In this document: piece after piece, positions 13,471-27,041 of the stretch
Numbering within the stretch: the first letter of the stretch is position 1
Layout: each line of letters starts with the position of its first letter
Source of the DNA: Octopus vulgaris
Lineage: Eukaryota
NCBI GenBank assembly: GCA_951406725.2
Contig: OX597830.1
Coordinates: 36,766,001-36,830,000 of the forward strand
DNA: 64,000 nucleotides
Direction: 5' to 3'
Notes under the pieces: model-generated
Told to the model about the DNA's origin: nothing
What the model saw: the letters and a program-made list of their open reading frames with translations, nothing else
Database searches by the model: none
Position numbers and translations under genes: made by a program

Positions 13471-13872
13471 CAATATCAGCAATCTAACTCATTTTTGAAG
13501 GAGAAATAAATTTCGTTTAAGGCAAAATGAGAACACTTGATGGACAGTATCATTTATATATACGTTCATACACACGCACACATATTTTAGATGGCTATAA
13601 ATATAAATTAGATCTTAATGCCACCAAATAAACAAAAAGTAAAAGAAAACAAAACAAAACGGAAACAACCGAACGTCTAAACTGGTGGTGGTTGGCGTCG
13701 GTAAACATTATACTGTGAAGATTGGTATTTGGATAAGTTCATACACGATGGAGTGAAAAGGAGTTGAAGGTTTCGCAGATAAAGTAATCCTCAAGACGTT
13801 AGAAACCTGTTCTCTCACAAATATACGAACGTATCTAAAGTCATGAAGTTGCCAAAGTAAACAAAATATGTT

Positions 13873-14295
13873 GGGCAGAAGCGTTAGCGCGACGGGCGAA
13901 ATGCTTAGCGGTTTTCGTCTGCCGCTACGTTCTGAGTTCAAATTCCGCCGAGGTCGACTTTACCTTTCATCCTTTCGGGGTCGATTAAATAAGCACCAGT
14001 TACGCACTGTGGTCGATATAATCGACTTAATCCGTTTGTCTGTCCTTGTTTGTCCTCTCTGTGTTTAGCCCCTTGTGGGTAGTAAAGAAATAGGTATTTC
14101 GTCTGCCGCTACGTTCTGAGTTCAAACTCCGCCGAGGTCGACTTTGCCTTTCATCTTTTCGGGGTCGATTAAATAAGTACCAGTTACGCACTGGGGTCGA
14201 TATAATCGACTTAATCCGTTTGTCTGTCCTTGTTTGTCCTCTCTGTGTTTAGCCCCTTGTGGGTAGAAAAGAAATAAATATTTCGTCTGTCTTTA
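13873..14295 (+). mobile_element. SINE A dimer
   Basis: Two near-identical ~185-bp bodies plus the start of a third. Confidence 0.92.
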
Positions 14296-14301
14296 GGTTA
14301 T

Positions 14302-14466
14302 AGGCGCAGGAGTGGCTGTGTGGTAAGTAGCTTGCTTACCAGCCACATTGTTCCGGGTTCATTCCCACTGCGCGGTACCTTGGGCAAGTGTCTTCTACTA
14401 TAACCTCGGGCCGACCAAAGCCTTGTGAGTGGATTTGGTAGACGGAAGCTGAAACAAGCCTGTCGT
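14302..14466 (+). mobile_element. SINE B 5' half
   Basis: ggcgcaggagtggctgtgtggtaag...ccgggttcattccc...accttgggcaagtgtcttctacta; tRNA-like head plus CORE-like accttgggcaagt. Confidence 0.9.
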
Positions 14467-14779
14467 ATATATGTATCTGAGTGATAGACACATGTTCAAA
14501 TACAATCTAGACCGCCTCTTCCTCTCTTTCCACAATCTCTCTTTCTCTCTATATATATGTATATATTCATACACACACATATATATATATATATATGTAC
14601 ATATACATACATATGAATATATATGCATATATATATGAATATATATGTATATTTATGTCTGTATGTATGTCTCTCTTTCTCTCTCTCTCTATATATATGT
14701 GTGTGTGTGTGTATATATATACACACACATATGTGCATGTATGAACATATACCCACATATATACCTATTTATTCATGCA

Positions 14780-14834
<55 letters not shown>

Positions 14835-15269
14835 AATATAACCCATAGACATATACATGCACACATCCACACACACTAATTATATACAGAAACACGTGTG
14901 CTCGTCGGTTGATCGAATCAATATAAACGCCGGCTTATTGGCTGCAGTATGCAAGGTTTGTATATTAACAAATAACGTTGAATTCTGCCGTTGGAAATGA
15001 CTTTTAACATTCCGTGTTCTGGTTCATCTGTCTACAGATAGTTACTATGCGAAGGTATGGTTCACCATTTGAAGAGAAGAGAACCTTTCACAATGGATTA
15101 GTGGCTCGCGCTATCTGAAATCAATTCTTTCTATGAGTTGCTGAATTTTTTTCTTTAGACGATTGCATACATAAATTTCAAAGTAGTAGTAGTAGAAGAA
15201 GGAGGAAGAGAAGAAGAAGAAGAAGAAAAAGAAGAAGAAGAAGAAGTAGTAGTAGTAGTAGTAGTAGTA

Positions 15270-15483
15270 AGGCTTTCTACTAAAGGCCTAAAGGCACAAA
15301 GCCTGAAATTTTGGGGAAGGGATTAAGTCGATTACATCGACCCCAGTGCGTAACTGGTACTTATTTAATCGACCCCGAAAGGATGAAAAGCAAAGTCGAC
15401 TTAGGTGGAATTTGAACTCAACGAAACGGCGGGCGAAATACTGGTAAGCATTTCGCTCGGTGTGCTACCGATGGTGCCAGCTC

Positions 15484-15537
<54 letters not shown>

Positions 15538-15677
15538 TCTTTCTACTGAAGGCACAAGGCCTGAAATTTTGGGGGAGGGGATAAGTCAATTACATGGACC
15601 TCAGTACTGAACTGCTACTTATTTTATCGACCCCGAAAAGATGAAAGGCAAAGTCATCCTCAGCAGAATTTGAACTC

Positions 15678-15678
<1 letters not shown>
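15270..15678 (-). mobile_element. Two SINE A copies separated by (AAT)n
   Basis: Reverse-complement matches (cgaccccgaaaggatgaaa..caaagtc...gaatttgaactca) at ~15270-15484 and ~15538-15678. Confidence 0.88.
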
Positions 15679-15711
<33 letters not shown>

Positions 15712-16266
15712 TGCCCTGATGCAGTACCAGTCAGTGGCTCTCATGGCTTCTGATCTTAACTGATTGGAAGTGTTATCATGTACATTGTTTTGTCTTGGTA
15801 TAAAAGATGGGCTACAGGAAATATTCTGCTCAATACCACAGATTTGCTTGTCAGTTGTTTGACCTTAACCAGTTGACCATGTCCCTTAGTGGCTGACAAT
15901 ATGTGCATCTCTGAAGATGAGCAGAAGTAGTAGGGGAGCATCATAGCCATGTGTTGAGAGGGATTCTTTGGGGTTTGAATAATTCACCTCTGGAAACATG
16001 GGTGTTTCGTTCAACATCCTTAAACAACCCTTATTCAAGGACCTTTTGAGCGGGATGGGTTACTCGACCAGAAGAAAATTCTAACTGGGCCCCACCTGCA
16101 AGGTCATGTGCTGTTTATCTTGACATTAGATCACCATGTCACACACAGATGGTTGTGATGCATGTGCCTGGTGTACACTTATCAGACAGGTAGTCATGAT
16201 GGGTATACTGGGCTTCATATATTTTACCCCAGTGTCACTTTGATGGCATGCACTGCTCTCTCACTT
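15712..16266. mobile_element. Non-coding ~555-bp insert flanked by (TAA)n; putative non-autonomous TAA-targeted retroposon
   Basis: Sharp boundaries inside a TAA array, higher GC than flanks, no meaningful ORF, no TIRs. Confidence 0.5.
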
Positions 16267-16312
16267 AATAATAATAATAATAATAATAATAATGATGATG
16301 ATGATGATGGTG

Positions 16313-16527
16313 GTTTCAAAATCTAGCACAAGGCAATCAAGTTTAGGGGTTGGGAGTGAGTCGACTACATCGACCCTAGTGCTCAACTGGTATCTTATTT
16401 TATCGACTTCGAAAGGATGAAAAGCAAAGTCTGCTTCGGTGGAATTTGAACTCAGAACGTGAAGACGAAAGAAATGCCGCTAAGCATCTTACCCAGCGTG
16501 CTAACGGTTCCGCCAATTCGCCACCCT
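16313..16527 (-). mobile_element. SINE A copy
   Basis: gaaaggatgaaaagcaaagtc...ggaatttgaactcagaacg...ccgccaattcgccacc. Confidence 0.85.
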
Positions 16528-16569
16528 AACAACAACATCAATGGCGACGATGACGACAACAACAGTAAT

Positions 16570-16816
16570 ATTATAGAGACTATGGAAGGCGTGGATACAA
16601 TGTATCCGAGTAGTTATGGGTGCATTAGGAACTAACCCTAAATATTTGAACAAATGGATAGAGAAAGCAGGCATAAAACCCAGTTTATAGTACAGCCCCG
16701 GAAAAAAAAATTATTAGGGACAGCTAGGATACTAAGGAGCGTTCTTGGTATCTAAGGTTACTTGTACCACGATGTTAAGAGCTTTTCTTTTCCAACCTTA
16801 ATCTGTTGTACGTATA

Positions 16817-16817
<1 letters not shown>
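16570..16817 (+). mobile_element. R4/Dong-like LINE extreme 3' end
   Basis: RLWK...VVMGALGTNPKYLNKWIEKAGI...LLGTARILRSVLGI* then a short UTR and (TAA)n; same C-terminal motifs as 17395-18119. Confidence 0.75.
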
Positions 16818-16865
<48 letters not shown>

Positions 16866-16915
16866 TGATAATGATGATAATGATAATAATAATGATGATG
16901 ATGATAATAATAATG

Positions 16916-16982
<67 letters not shown>

Positions 16983-17329
16983 TCTTTTCTACTATAAGCA
17001 CAAGGCCTGAAATTTGGGGGTTGAGGACTTGTCCATTACATCAAACCAAGTGTTTGGCTGGTACTTATTTTATCGATCACGAAAGAATAATTATAATGAT
17101 TCAAATTTTAGAATAAGACTAAGAACTTTAGGGGAAAGGATTGCTTGATAAAATTGATCACTGGATTTGATTGGTAAATTATTTTATCAATCCTGAAAGA
17201 GTGAAAGGGGAAGTCAGTCTCGGCAAAATGTTTACTTAGAATATAAAGAACCGGAAGAAATGCCATTAGACAGTTTGTCCGGCATGCTAACATTTCTGCC
17301 AGCTCGCTGTCTTAATAATAATAATAATG

Positions 17330-17390
<61 letters not shown>

Positions 17391-17394
17391 CAAC

Positions 17395-18119
17395 AAACGA
17401 TGAGATTGAAACAATAGACCACCTAATCTCAGGGTGTAGAGTCTTAGAACCTGCAGAATATAAAGCAAGACATGACAGAGTCGGCCAGTATTTATATTGG
17501 ACAATATGTCGCATTATAAAATCAAAACCGCTGACAAATGGTATAAACATCATCGTGAAGCTGTGACTGAGGGAGAAAATGTGTCGATTCTATGGGACTT
17601 CCCCGTGCAGACCGACAGGACTATAAAAGCTAATAAACCGGATATTATTATAAAAGATCAGACAGAAAGGAGGTGTTTATTAATTGACATGAGTATTCCC
17701 TGTGATTACAATATAGCGGCGAAAGAATTTGACAAGATTAGTAAATATAAAGACCTGCTAATAGAAATTGAAAAAATGTGGCATCTCAAGGCGACTACAG
17801 TACCAGTGATTGTAGGATCTCTAGGAATGATAAAAAAAGGCACTGAAACCTATTTGAAAATGATTCCAGGCTTACCATCCCTACAGGAAGTGCAAAAATT
17901 CGTATTAACTGGAACGGCTCATGTACTGAGAAGAGCACTATCGCTGTGAAAATAACATTCATCCATGAATTTATTTATTTATTAATTTTTAAATACATAT
18001 TTTATCTGTGAATTTGCACGTGTAATCTGGAAATGCATGCAATGCCCATCTCTGCCCTAGGTGTATGGAAAACACTCGGCGAGAAACGGCAGAAAATTTG
18101 AAGAAAGAAGGAAAAAAAC
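17395..18119 (+). mobile_element. R4/Dong-clade non-LTR retrotransposon 3' part (zinc-knuckle end plus restriction-like endonuclease)
   Basis: ETIDHLISGC, RHD, ILWDF..QTDR.I.ANKPDIII, LIDMSIP, K..KY..L..EI.KMW, PVIVGSLG, stop at 17949. One frameshift near 17510. (TAA)n on both sides. Confidence 0.92.
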
Positions 18120-18140
18120 ATAATAATAATGATAATAACA

Positions 18141-18580
18141 ATCCCTTCTATTATAGGCACAAGGCCTGAAAGTTCGGTGGAGGGGGCGGGGCTAGTCGAA
18201 TTCATCGACCCCAGTGTTTGATCGGTACGTATTTTATCGAATCCGTAAGGATGAAAGACAAAGTCGACCTCGACGGAATTTGAACTCCGAACAAATAGCT
18301 GGAAGAAAATGCCACTAAACATTTTGTCCGGCACGCGCTAACGATTCTGCCAGATCGCCGCCTTAATGGTTTCAAATTTTGGTACAAAGCCTGTAATTAC
18401 AGGGAAAGGGATTAACCAATGCCATTGACTCCCAGCACTGGATTGGTACTTTATTTTCTCGACTCAGAAAGAATGAAAGACAAAGTCGACCTCGACAGAA
18501 TTCGAACTCTGAACGTAATGACCCAAGAGAAATGCTACTGAACATTTTTTCCTAAGCACTAGAGAAACATGCCAGCTCAT
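18141..18580 (-). mobile_element. Two tandem SINE A copies
   Basis: Repeated aagtcgacctcgac.gaatt.gaactc at ~18260 and ~18483. Confidence 0.85.
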
Positions 18581-18882
18581 TGGAATCGCAGCGAACTTAT
18601 TCCAGATGGTGAGGAATGCCTTGTAATAAACATAAGCTCCTTATTTTGCGAAGAATATACATACAATTTTCTTTCACAAAAACTAATGTCTGTGAACCGT
18701 TAGCGCGCGTTCCATAGAGGTGCGTGAAAAATATTTTAATAGTCCACGAGGGAGCTTTTCTATTATGTGATCCTTCAACCAGCTAGAGATAGTAGATAAA
18801 TCTGCCTCAAAAACTAAAACAACTGTCTTAAGTAAGAAAAGAATACATTTCAGGATTTAGTTGCACATATGTTTGATAAAAG

Positions 18883-18920
<38 letters not shown>

Positions 18921-19756
18921 GAGATGATCATGGATGGAAAGTCTTTGATGATGATCAATCAGAATTGAATTAGAGCTAAAGAAAAAAAGCAACGAAAACA
19001 ACGACAATAGCAACAACAACAACAAATAACGACAACATACTTTAAACACTGAAATGATTTTCTTTTCTCTTGAATACCGCAAAGAACAAGTAGTTCGAAA
19101 TAGCTCCCCGTGATGGATTACTTGGATTAAGAAAAACCAAAATAAAAACAGAAAATAAATAAAATAAATAAAATATAATAAAGATAAACAATAAAACATT
19201 AAAAATATCAAAAATCCTGGAGAAATGATAATTTCTTTTTTTTTTTTAATCTCGTTCGTTTGAGTTCTGCAACCAAATTCATTAATTCTTTATTATCGAC
19301 CACATCAAACTAAAGCTTCCAACCTCAACTACCCAGCACTTCTCTTCTCTGCATCTTCACGCTTTTTACCTCTAAATCTCTCCAGCTAGCCACAAATATT
19401 GTTTATACTTGTTTTAAGTTATATTTACATTTATTTTCATACGGTATAACACTCGAGAAAAATTATTTCCCAAACCATGTTGCGGGGTCTGGTGGTGGAG
19501 TTATTGAACCTTTACGGCGCTATACAATCATGTTTATTCTGGCATTAGCAACTCAAAGAGATTCCTTCTGTTTAACAAACTATTATGATTATGCAAAATT
19601 GACCAAAGATAGCCTAAGGTGATATATCGTTATTGCTACTTGTGCACGTTTGTATATATATTAACAGGCACATGAGCACATGCACGCATGCACACATTAT
19701 ACATATTTCTCAAAAGCATACACACATTATATACATGTATATGCATGTATATAGAT

Positions 19757-20165
19757 ATGGTGTAGCTGTGTGGTAAGAAGCCTGCTTCTCAACCATATAG
19801 TTCTAAGATCATTCCCACTGCATGGCACCTTGGGCAAGTGTCTTCTACTATAGCCTCAGCCAGACCAAAGCCTTGTGAGTGGCTTTAGTAGACAGAAACT
19901 GAAGGAAGTCTGCAGTTTATATACATGTATATACATCTATGTGTGTATGTATCTTTGTGCTTGTCCCTCCACTACCGATTGACAACCAGTGTTGGTGTGT
20001 TTGCGTCCCCGTAACTTAGTGGTTCGGCAAAGGATCCCCATAGAATAAGTACGAGGTTTAAAACATAAGTTCTAGGGTCAATTCATTTCGACTAAAATTC
20101 AAGGCGGTGCCTCAGCATGGCCGCAGTCTATCTAATGACTGAAACAAGTAAATGACAAAAGACAA
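19757..20165 (+). mobile_element. Full-length SINE B
   Basis: Head, internal TA/TG tract, and tail ggcggtgcctcagcatggccgcagtc...tgactgaaacaagtaaa. Confidence 0.9.
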
Positions 20166-20179
20166 AATGATCTACACAG

Positions 20180-20266
<87 letters not shown>

Positions 20267-20272
20267 ATTATA

Positions 20273-21095
20273 TATTGGGTCATCCAATAAATAATGCGGT
20301 TTTTTAATACTTCCTTTATTGTTCAAAATTAAGATAAATACGGTTCTTTTTTTAATCTAAAATATACTCTCCTTCATTTTCTACAATTCTCTTCCATCTC
20401 TCTGCTAGACGTGCAAGGCTCCACTTCCAAAATTCACTTGTCCGTAACGAAGAATACCCCTCCAGTACTGTTTTGACCTCGTCTACAGAATTCATATTTT
20501 TTCCGTCCAAATGATTTTGAAGACTGCGGAATCAATGATAATCAGATAGGGCAATGTCCGGCAAATATGGTGGTTAGGGTATCGTTTCCCATTCAAACTG
20601 CTCCTGCCTTTGAGATGTCACCCTCCGGTATATGGTTGAGCATTATCCTTAAGGAAGATGATCTTTCGTCTTGAAATAAAAGATGTTTTTCCTTTAGCGT
20701 TTTTCCTCTTACTAAATTTGAATGACCAAATCCAAGCTTCTCTGCTAGTTCCTCATCAGTTGCGATGGGATTTTGTTCCACCAGGGTTTTCAGGACGTAC
20801 ACGTAGAGCTCTACAAATCTTTCAGGACGAGGCTCATCTTCTAGGCTGTAGTTTCCAGCTCGGAATTTCTGTAACCACCGTTGACACTGGCTTACGCTTA
20901 TTGCTCGATCACCATATACTGCATTAATATTCCTCGCACTTTCTGTTGCGTTGTTGCATTTATTGAACTCATAAAGCAAAATATACCGAATATGCCCCTG
21001 TGTCTCTTTGAAAAAATAACTGATAAAATCGAACTGCACTCTTCAAAACTTGCACTAAGAATAAGTACAAGGTAAAATTATAACCTGCCTTTATA
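20273..21095 (-). mobile_element. Internally deleted mariner (DD34D-type) transposon fossil
   Basis: N-terminal [29 protein letters not shown]...QRW..KFR.G..SLED.PR; C-terminal PYLPDIALSDYH.FRSLQNHL...RWKRIVENEGEY; one TIR ttgggtcatccaataaataatgcggt preceded by TA at ~20273. Confidence 0.9.
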
Positions 21096-21096
21096 G

Positions 21097-21680
<584 letters not shown>

Positions 21681-21694
21681 TATTTTATTTCATA

Positions 21695-21790
21695 ACGGCT
21701 ATCTCTGATGAGCGCAGGGTTGCATAATTGGACTGTTATCTAACACTCCGTTGAATCCCAAGCGCGAAACCGATTGGTAAGATCGGCCGT
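21695..21790 (+). ncRNA. Type-I hammerhead ribozyme, canonical core, extended stem II
   Basis: acggctatct CTGATGA gcgc...gcgc GAAA CCgattGG TA agatcggccgt. Stem I ~10 bp with one bulge; stem II gcgc/gcgc extended by gggtt/aatcc, aattgga/tccgtt and tgtta/taaca; stem III ACC/GGT; predicted GUA cleavage after 21779. Confidence 0.9.
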
Positions 21791-23121
21791 AACGGATATT
21801 AATGGATATATGATACTGTACATTTCAATTAATACACATCCACACGCGCACACCACACAGGTACACACACACATATATATATATACATGTGTATGTATGT
21901 GTGTGTGTGTGTATGTAATACATACACACGCATCTATATTGATATATGCGCGTATAATATGCATGAAGTATACATATAGGCGCATAAATGCATATTGATC
22001 GACATACACATGTACAAAAACATGCTAATATATGCTTGTGTATATGTAAAATGATGTGCCAATACACGTTTCGTAAATAAATATATAAATAAATAAACAA
22101 ACAAATGTGTGAGTGTGTATGTATACAAGCCGTGTACATCGATATATGTAAATATATCCATTCATGTTGATGTGTATGATTAGGTGTATGTATGTGTGCG
22201 TGTGTGTGTTTCTGAACAGATTTGCTTGTGTTTGGACTCGCGAAGGACTTGCGAAATCATGCAAGCAAAACTCTATAGAATTATTATATGCATATATAGA
22301 GATCCCACAGCAGTTGGATGCTTTTTTTAAGGCTCTTCTATGTGTTCTTTTAAAAACGCTAACAAGCTTTTATAAATGCGCAGGCAAGCATACATACATA
22401 CGCATGAAGATGCATGCATATGAACATGCATACGTAAATACATAATACTTATATACATCCGAGCATACGTACGTACACACGTACGTACATACATCTAAAT
22501 GCGAATATATTCGGCCGAGGTTTTGTGCAGAAATATTTCATGCATTTTATTTACTTACATTTTTGAAAACATCACATTCACAACCTTTATATTACACACA
22601 TACGACCGCCATATTATTCGAACATGCATTTATGCAAACACACCATACAAGTAAAATGTAAATGTTTATTTATCTTCATGTATGCAGGAAACAAAACCTT
22701 CTAATTGAGCCTTTCGTCTCTTCATTATTTGTTCACAAAATTAATTCTATTCACGAAATGAAATGTATTTATAATGATAACTTGCTTCCCATTGAGGAAC
22801 GAATTCCTCGTTGACTATTATAAAGCCACTTCATACATCCTATCGCTATTGACGTCTTCTTGTGTTCCACCCATTATTCTTAGAATATAGCATTTCATGG
22901 GAACACAAAATATACAGCGTTGCCAAGTTAAGGTGGACAAAGATGTATTTTTTCTCTATCATTCTTCCTTTTCTATCATTCTCTCGTTTCCTTTAACGCA
23001 TACATACCCGCATGCTTACATATACATTTGTATGTATGTATGTATGTATGTATGTATGTATGTATGTATGTATGTATGCATGCATGTATGTATGTATGTA
23101 TATATCTATGTTGTATTTGTA

Positions 23122-23186
<65 letters not shown>

Positions 23187-23673
23187 ACGTTTAGTTTAAT
23201 TTATCATTAAATACCTTTGTTCTACGTGACATTTCAAATGCGTGTGCTGGGAAGCGCCCTCTCCAATACACGCACACACATACACACACACACACACACG
23301 CACACACACACACACACGAATACACACACACACACACACGCGCGCACACACACGCACACACACACACACACACACACACGCACAAACTCACACGTTTAAG
23401 AATGGAAATGATAGTACTATATTTATTTCTACCTTACGATCGTTTCAACAATACATGGGTCAGATACATCATGAATATAAATGATATTACCACATATTAA
23501 ATGTGATCCATGTTCATCCCGTCAGACAAAGGTGAGAAAAGCGATGCAAATGGCACTTGGGAAGTTATATATAATCGTTAAGAATACAGAGGGAAGAGCT
23601 TACATACGTGTATAGAGGAGCTGTTGACTGGAGAAACTACTCGAATGTCTAAAATCTAAAATTCCATTTAATC

Positions 23674-23713
<40 letters not shown>

Positions 23714-23851
23714 TTAAAATAATAAGGCTGAAAAATTTAAAACCAGTGGTCTAGCATATAGAAAAATCTGAAGATTCAGAAAATTATATTACATACATAT
23801 AAGAGGGACTTCTAGCATAATGGATGTCCACTTAGTGGTCGTCCCGCATAT

Positions 23852-24046
23852 ACTTTTGCTTGTTTCAGTCATCTGATTGCTGCCAAGCTGGACCACCGCC
23901 TTTAGTCGAACAAATCGACCCCACGACTTATTCCTAGCAATCCCAGTACCTATCCCATCGGTCTCTTTTGCCGAACCGCCAGATTACGGGGACGCAAACA
24001 CACCAACAAGTGATGGTGGGGGCACAAACACAATCACACAAGCACA

Positions 24047-24109
<63 letters not shown>

Positions 24110-24267
24110 GACGGGCTTCTTTCAGTTTCCATCTACTAAATCCTCTCACCAGGCTTTGGTCGGCCAGAGGCTATAGTAGAAGGCGCTTGCCCAAGGTACC
24201 ACGCAGTGGACTGACCCCGGAACCATGTATTTGGGAAGCAAGCTTCTTATCACACAGCCACTCCTCG

Positions 24268-24270
<3 letters not shown>
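23852..24270 (-). mobile_element. Full-length SINE B
   Basis: Tail acttttgcttgtttcagtca at left, head cacacagccactcctcgcc at right, internal (TA)n. Confidence 0.9.
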
Positions 24271-24358
<88 letters not shown>

Positions 24359-24360
24359 TG

Positions 24361-24855
<495 letters not shown>

Positions 24856-24906
24856 TGTGTGTGTGTATACACGCACATATATATATATATGTATATATGA
24901 ATTGAA

Positions 24907-25330
24907 GTCATAAAAGTGATGGAGGGTACTGACTAGCACCGCTTATGCTAAAATAAGAATTAACTTTAAAGCTTTTAGTGGCTTTATAGTTAATTTAGCT
25001 CTTATTTTTAGCAAAAGCGGTGGTAGTCAGCACCCTCCGTCACTTTTGTGACCTTTATCAATTTTGCCTTTGGGTCTAATTGCTAATAAGCCACCCTTTT
25101 AATTCCAACGGTTTATCTTATAAGATTGACAAAGGAGGTTGAGTTTAACCCTAGGCATTAAGAGCCGCTGATGAGAATTAAGGTTTGTCTACACCAAAAT
25201 TCGAAATCGCGATACGGCTATATACGCTAAGGACATGTGAGTGCGTGTATCTACTGAGTTAGCCAAAAAGTTCCTTCCATTTCTGTCGGCACTAAACTTC
25301 AAGCACTCTACTAAATAGCTAACTTTTGTT
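24907..25330 (+). mobile_element. PLE pLTR-like segment: terminal hairpin (24907-25052) followed by hammerhead
   Basis: gtcataaaagtgatggagggtactgacta / tagtcagcaccctccgtcacttttgtgac inverted arms; related sequence at ~11748-11855. Right boundary approximate. Confidence 0.6.
25163..25219 (+). ncRNA. Minimal type-I hammerhead ribozyme, intact core
   Basis: agccg CTGATGA gaatt-(18 nt)-aattc GAAA TCGCGA TA cggct: perfect 5-bp stems I and II, palindromic stem III ATCGCGAT, AUA site after 25214. Confidence 0.9.
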
Positions 25331-25481
25331 TGACTCTTGTGCATGCGCACTTGTTAGATACTTGACACTTCATCGTAGATGGACGCGAGCTTGTGACAAG
25401 ACAAGCTGTATTTTGTATATTAGGGATCACTCAGAAAACGGAAAATTAAAACGAACATTATCGACACCTCATACTTTTTTA

Positions 25482-25735
25482 GTGGAAGCCCGTGGCTTAG
25501 TGGTTTGGGTGTTGGACTCATGATTGTAAGATTGTGGTTTCGATTCCTCGACCGGGAGATGCGTTGTGTTCTTGAGCAAAACACTTCATTTCATGTTGCT
25601 CCATTTCCCTCAGCGGGTAAAAGTGAGTAATCCTGCGATGGACCGGCGGGCGTCCCGTCCAGGTAGAGAATTTATACGCCTCTGAAACCGGGGAACCGAC
25701 CCTTATGAGCCTGGTATTGCTCGAGAAAGAAACAC
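25482..25735 (+). mobile_element. tRNA-derived SINE with V-domain-like module
   Basis: Head tggcttagtggtttgggtgttgg...ggtttcgattcc; cctgcgatggaccggc...gtcccgtccagg resembles the V-SINE central domain (recalled consensus). Confidence 0.75.
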
Positions 25736-26062
25736 TTCTTTTTTATGCTTTTTTATATTTTAGAAAACCAATATGCATATATCTACCTATTTAGCTATTT
25801 ATACATATAGTGCGGAGGATGCGCTAGGTGCACGACGTAATTACTGTTTTCGTTGCACCTGTTAATAGTAATAACGTTAATCTCCCGCTGCATGATCTCA
25901 TAGGCTTCTACTCGGTCCGAACAGGGCTATATCATTATAGAAAGAGCAAAGATATGTGAGAAAAACATGAGGTATGAATCTGATATTCTTTATTTCATTA
26001 ATTACACATGTTTCTGTGTTCGGTAACTGATGATTACAAATCTTATATGCAATTTACAAAAA

Positions 26063-26440
26063 GCGGCGTGGCTGTGTGGTAAGAAGCCTGCTTCCCAACC
26101 ACATGGCTCCGGGTTCATTCCTACTGCATGGCACCTTGGGCAAGTGTCTTCTACTCTAGCCTCGGGCCGTCCAAAGCCTTGTGAGTGGATTTTGTAGACA
26201 GAAAAGAAGCCCGTCGAATATATATATATATATATGTGTGTGTGTGTATTTGTCTGTGTTTGTCCCTATCATCGCTGGACAACTGCTGTTGGTGTGTTTA
26301 CGTCCCCGAAACGTAGTGGTTCGGCAAAAAGAGACCGATAGAATAAGTACTGGGTTTACAAAGAATAAGCCCTGAGGTCGATTTGTTCGACTAAAGGTGG
26401 TGCTCATGCAAGTTTAAAACAAGTTTAAAAAATGAAAGAA
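26063..26440 (+). mobile_element. Full-length SINE B
   Basis: Matches the other B copies, including the internal TA/TG tract. Confidence 0.9.
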
Positions 26441-26966
26441 TATTCTACAAATTGCATTTATAATAGGACATCATCAATTATGGAATACGGAAACATACGT
26501 AATAGATAAAATAAAGAAATACCAAATTCATGCTTCACGTTTCTCTCCCTCTCTCTCTGCTCCCCCCTCCCTCCCTTCCTCGCTCCCTCTATCTGTCTGT
26601 CTGTCTGTCTGTATGTCACCATTTGTATGTAAGTATAGGCTTAACGTAATTTTCATCTGAAAGCGTGAGCTATGGGAGTTAAAACTGAGAATTAGTAGTT
26701 GAAAACAAGAGGACTGAAATTGTCATCGAGGATTGTTATTCGGTCAGGTATTAAACAAGGGCCAGCGTCTTTTGTCACTAGGTATGTGTCGTTGGATGGT
26801 ATGGAGAATTTTTGCTGCAAATGTATGAACAAAATGGCATGATTTCATTACATGGAAGGAGAAGTAATATGTGTTAACTGAGAGAACATACGCGGTGAAA
26901 GCAACACATAAGATGAGAGAATGAGTGTGTGCGAGAACCTGTATGCATGTGTCTGTGTATGCACGC

Positions 26967-27041
<75 letters not shown>

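Noticed and set aside
25988-26050. Minus-strand GAAACATGTGTA...AATAAA resembling a PLE end
   Set aside because: No CUGANGA or convincing stem II.
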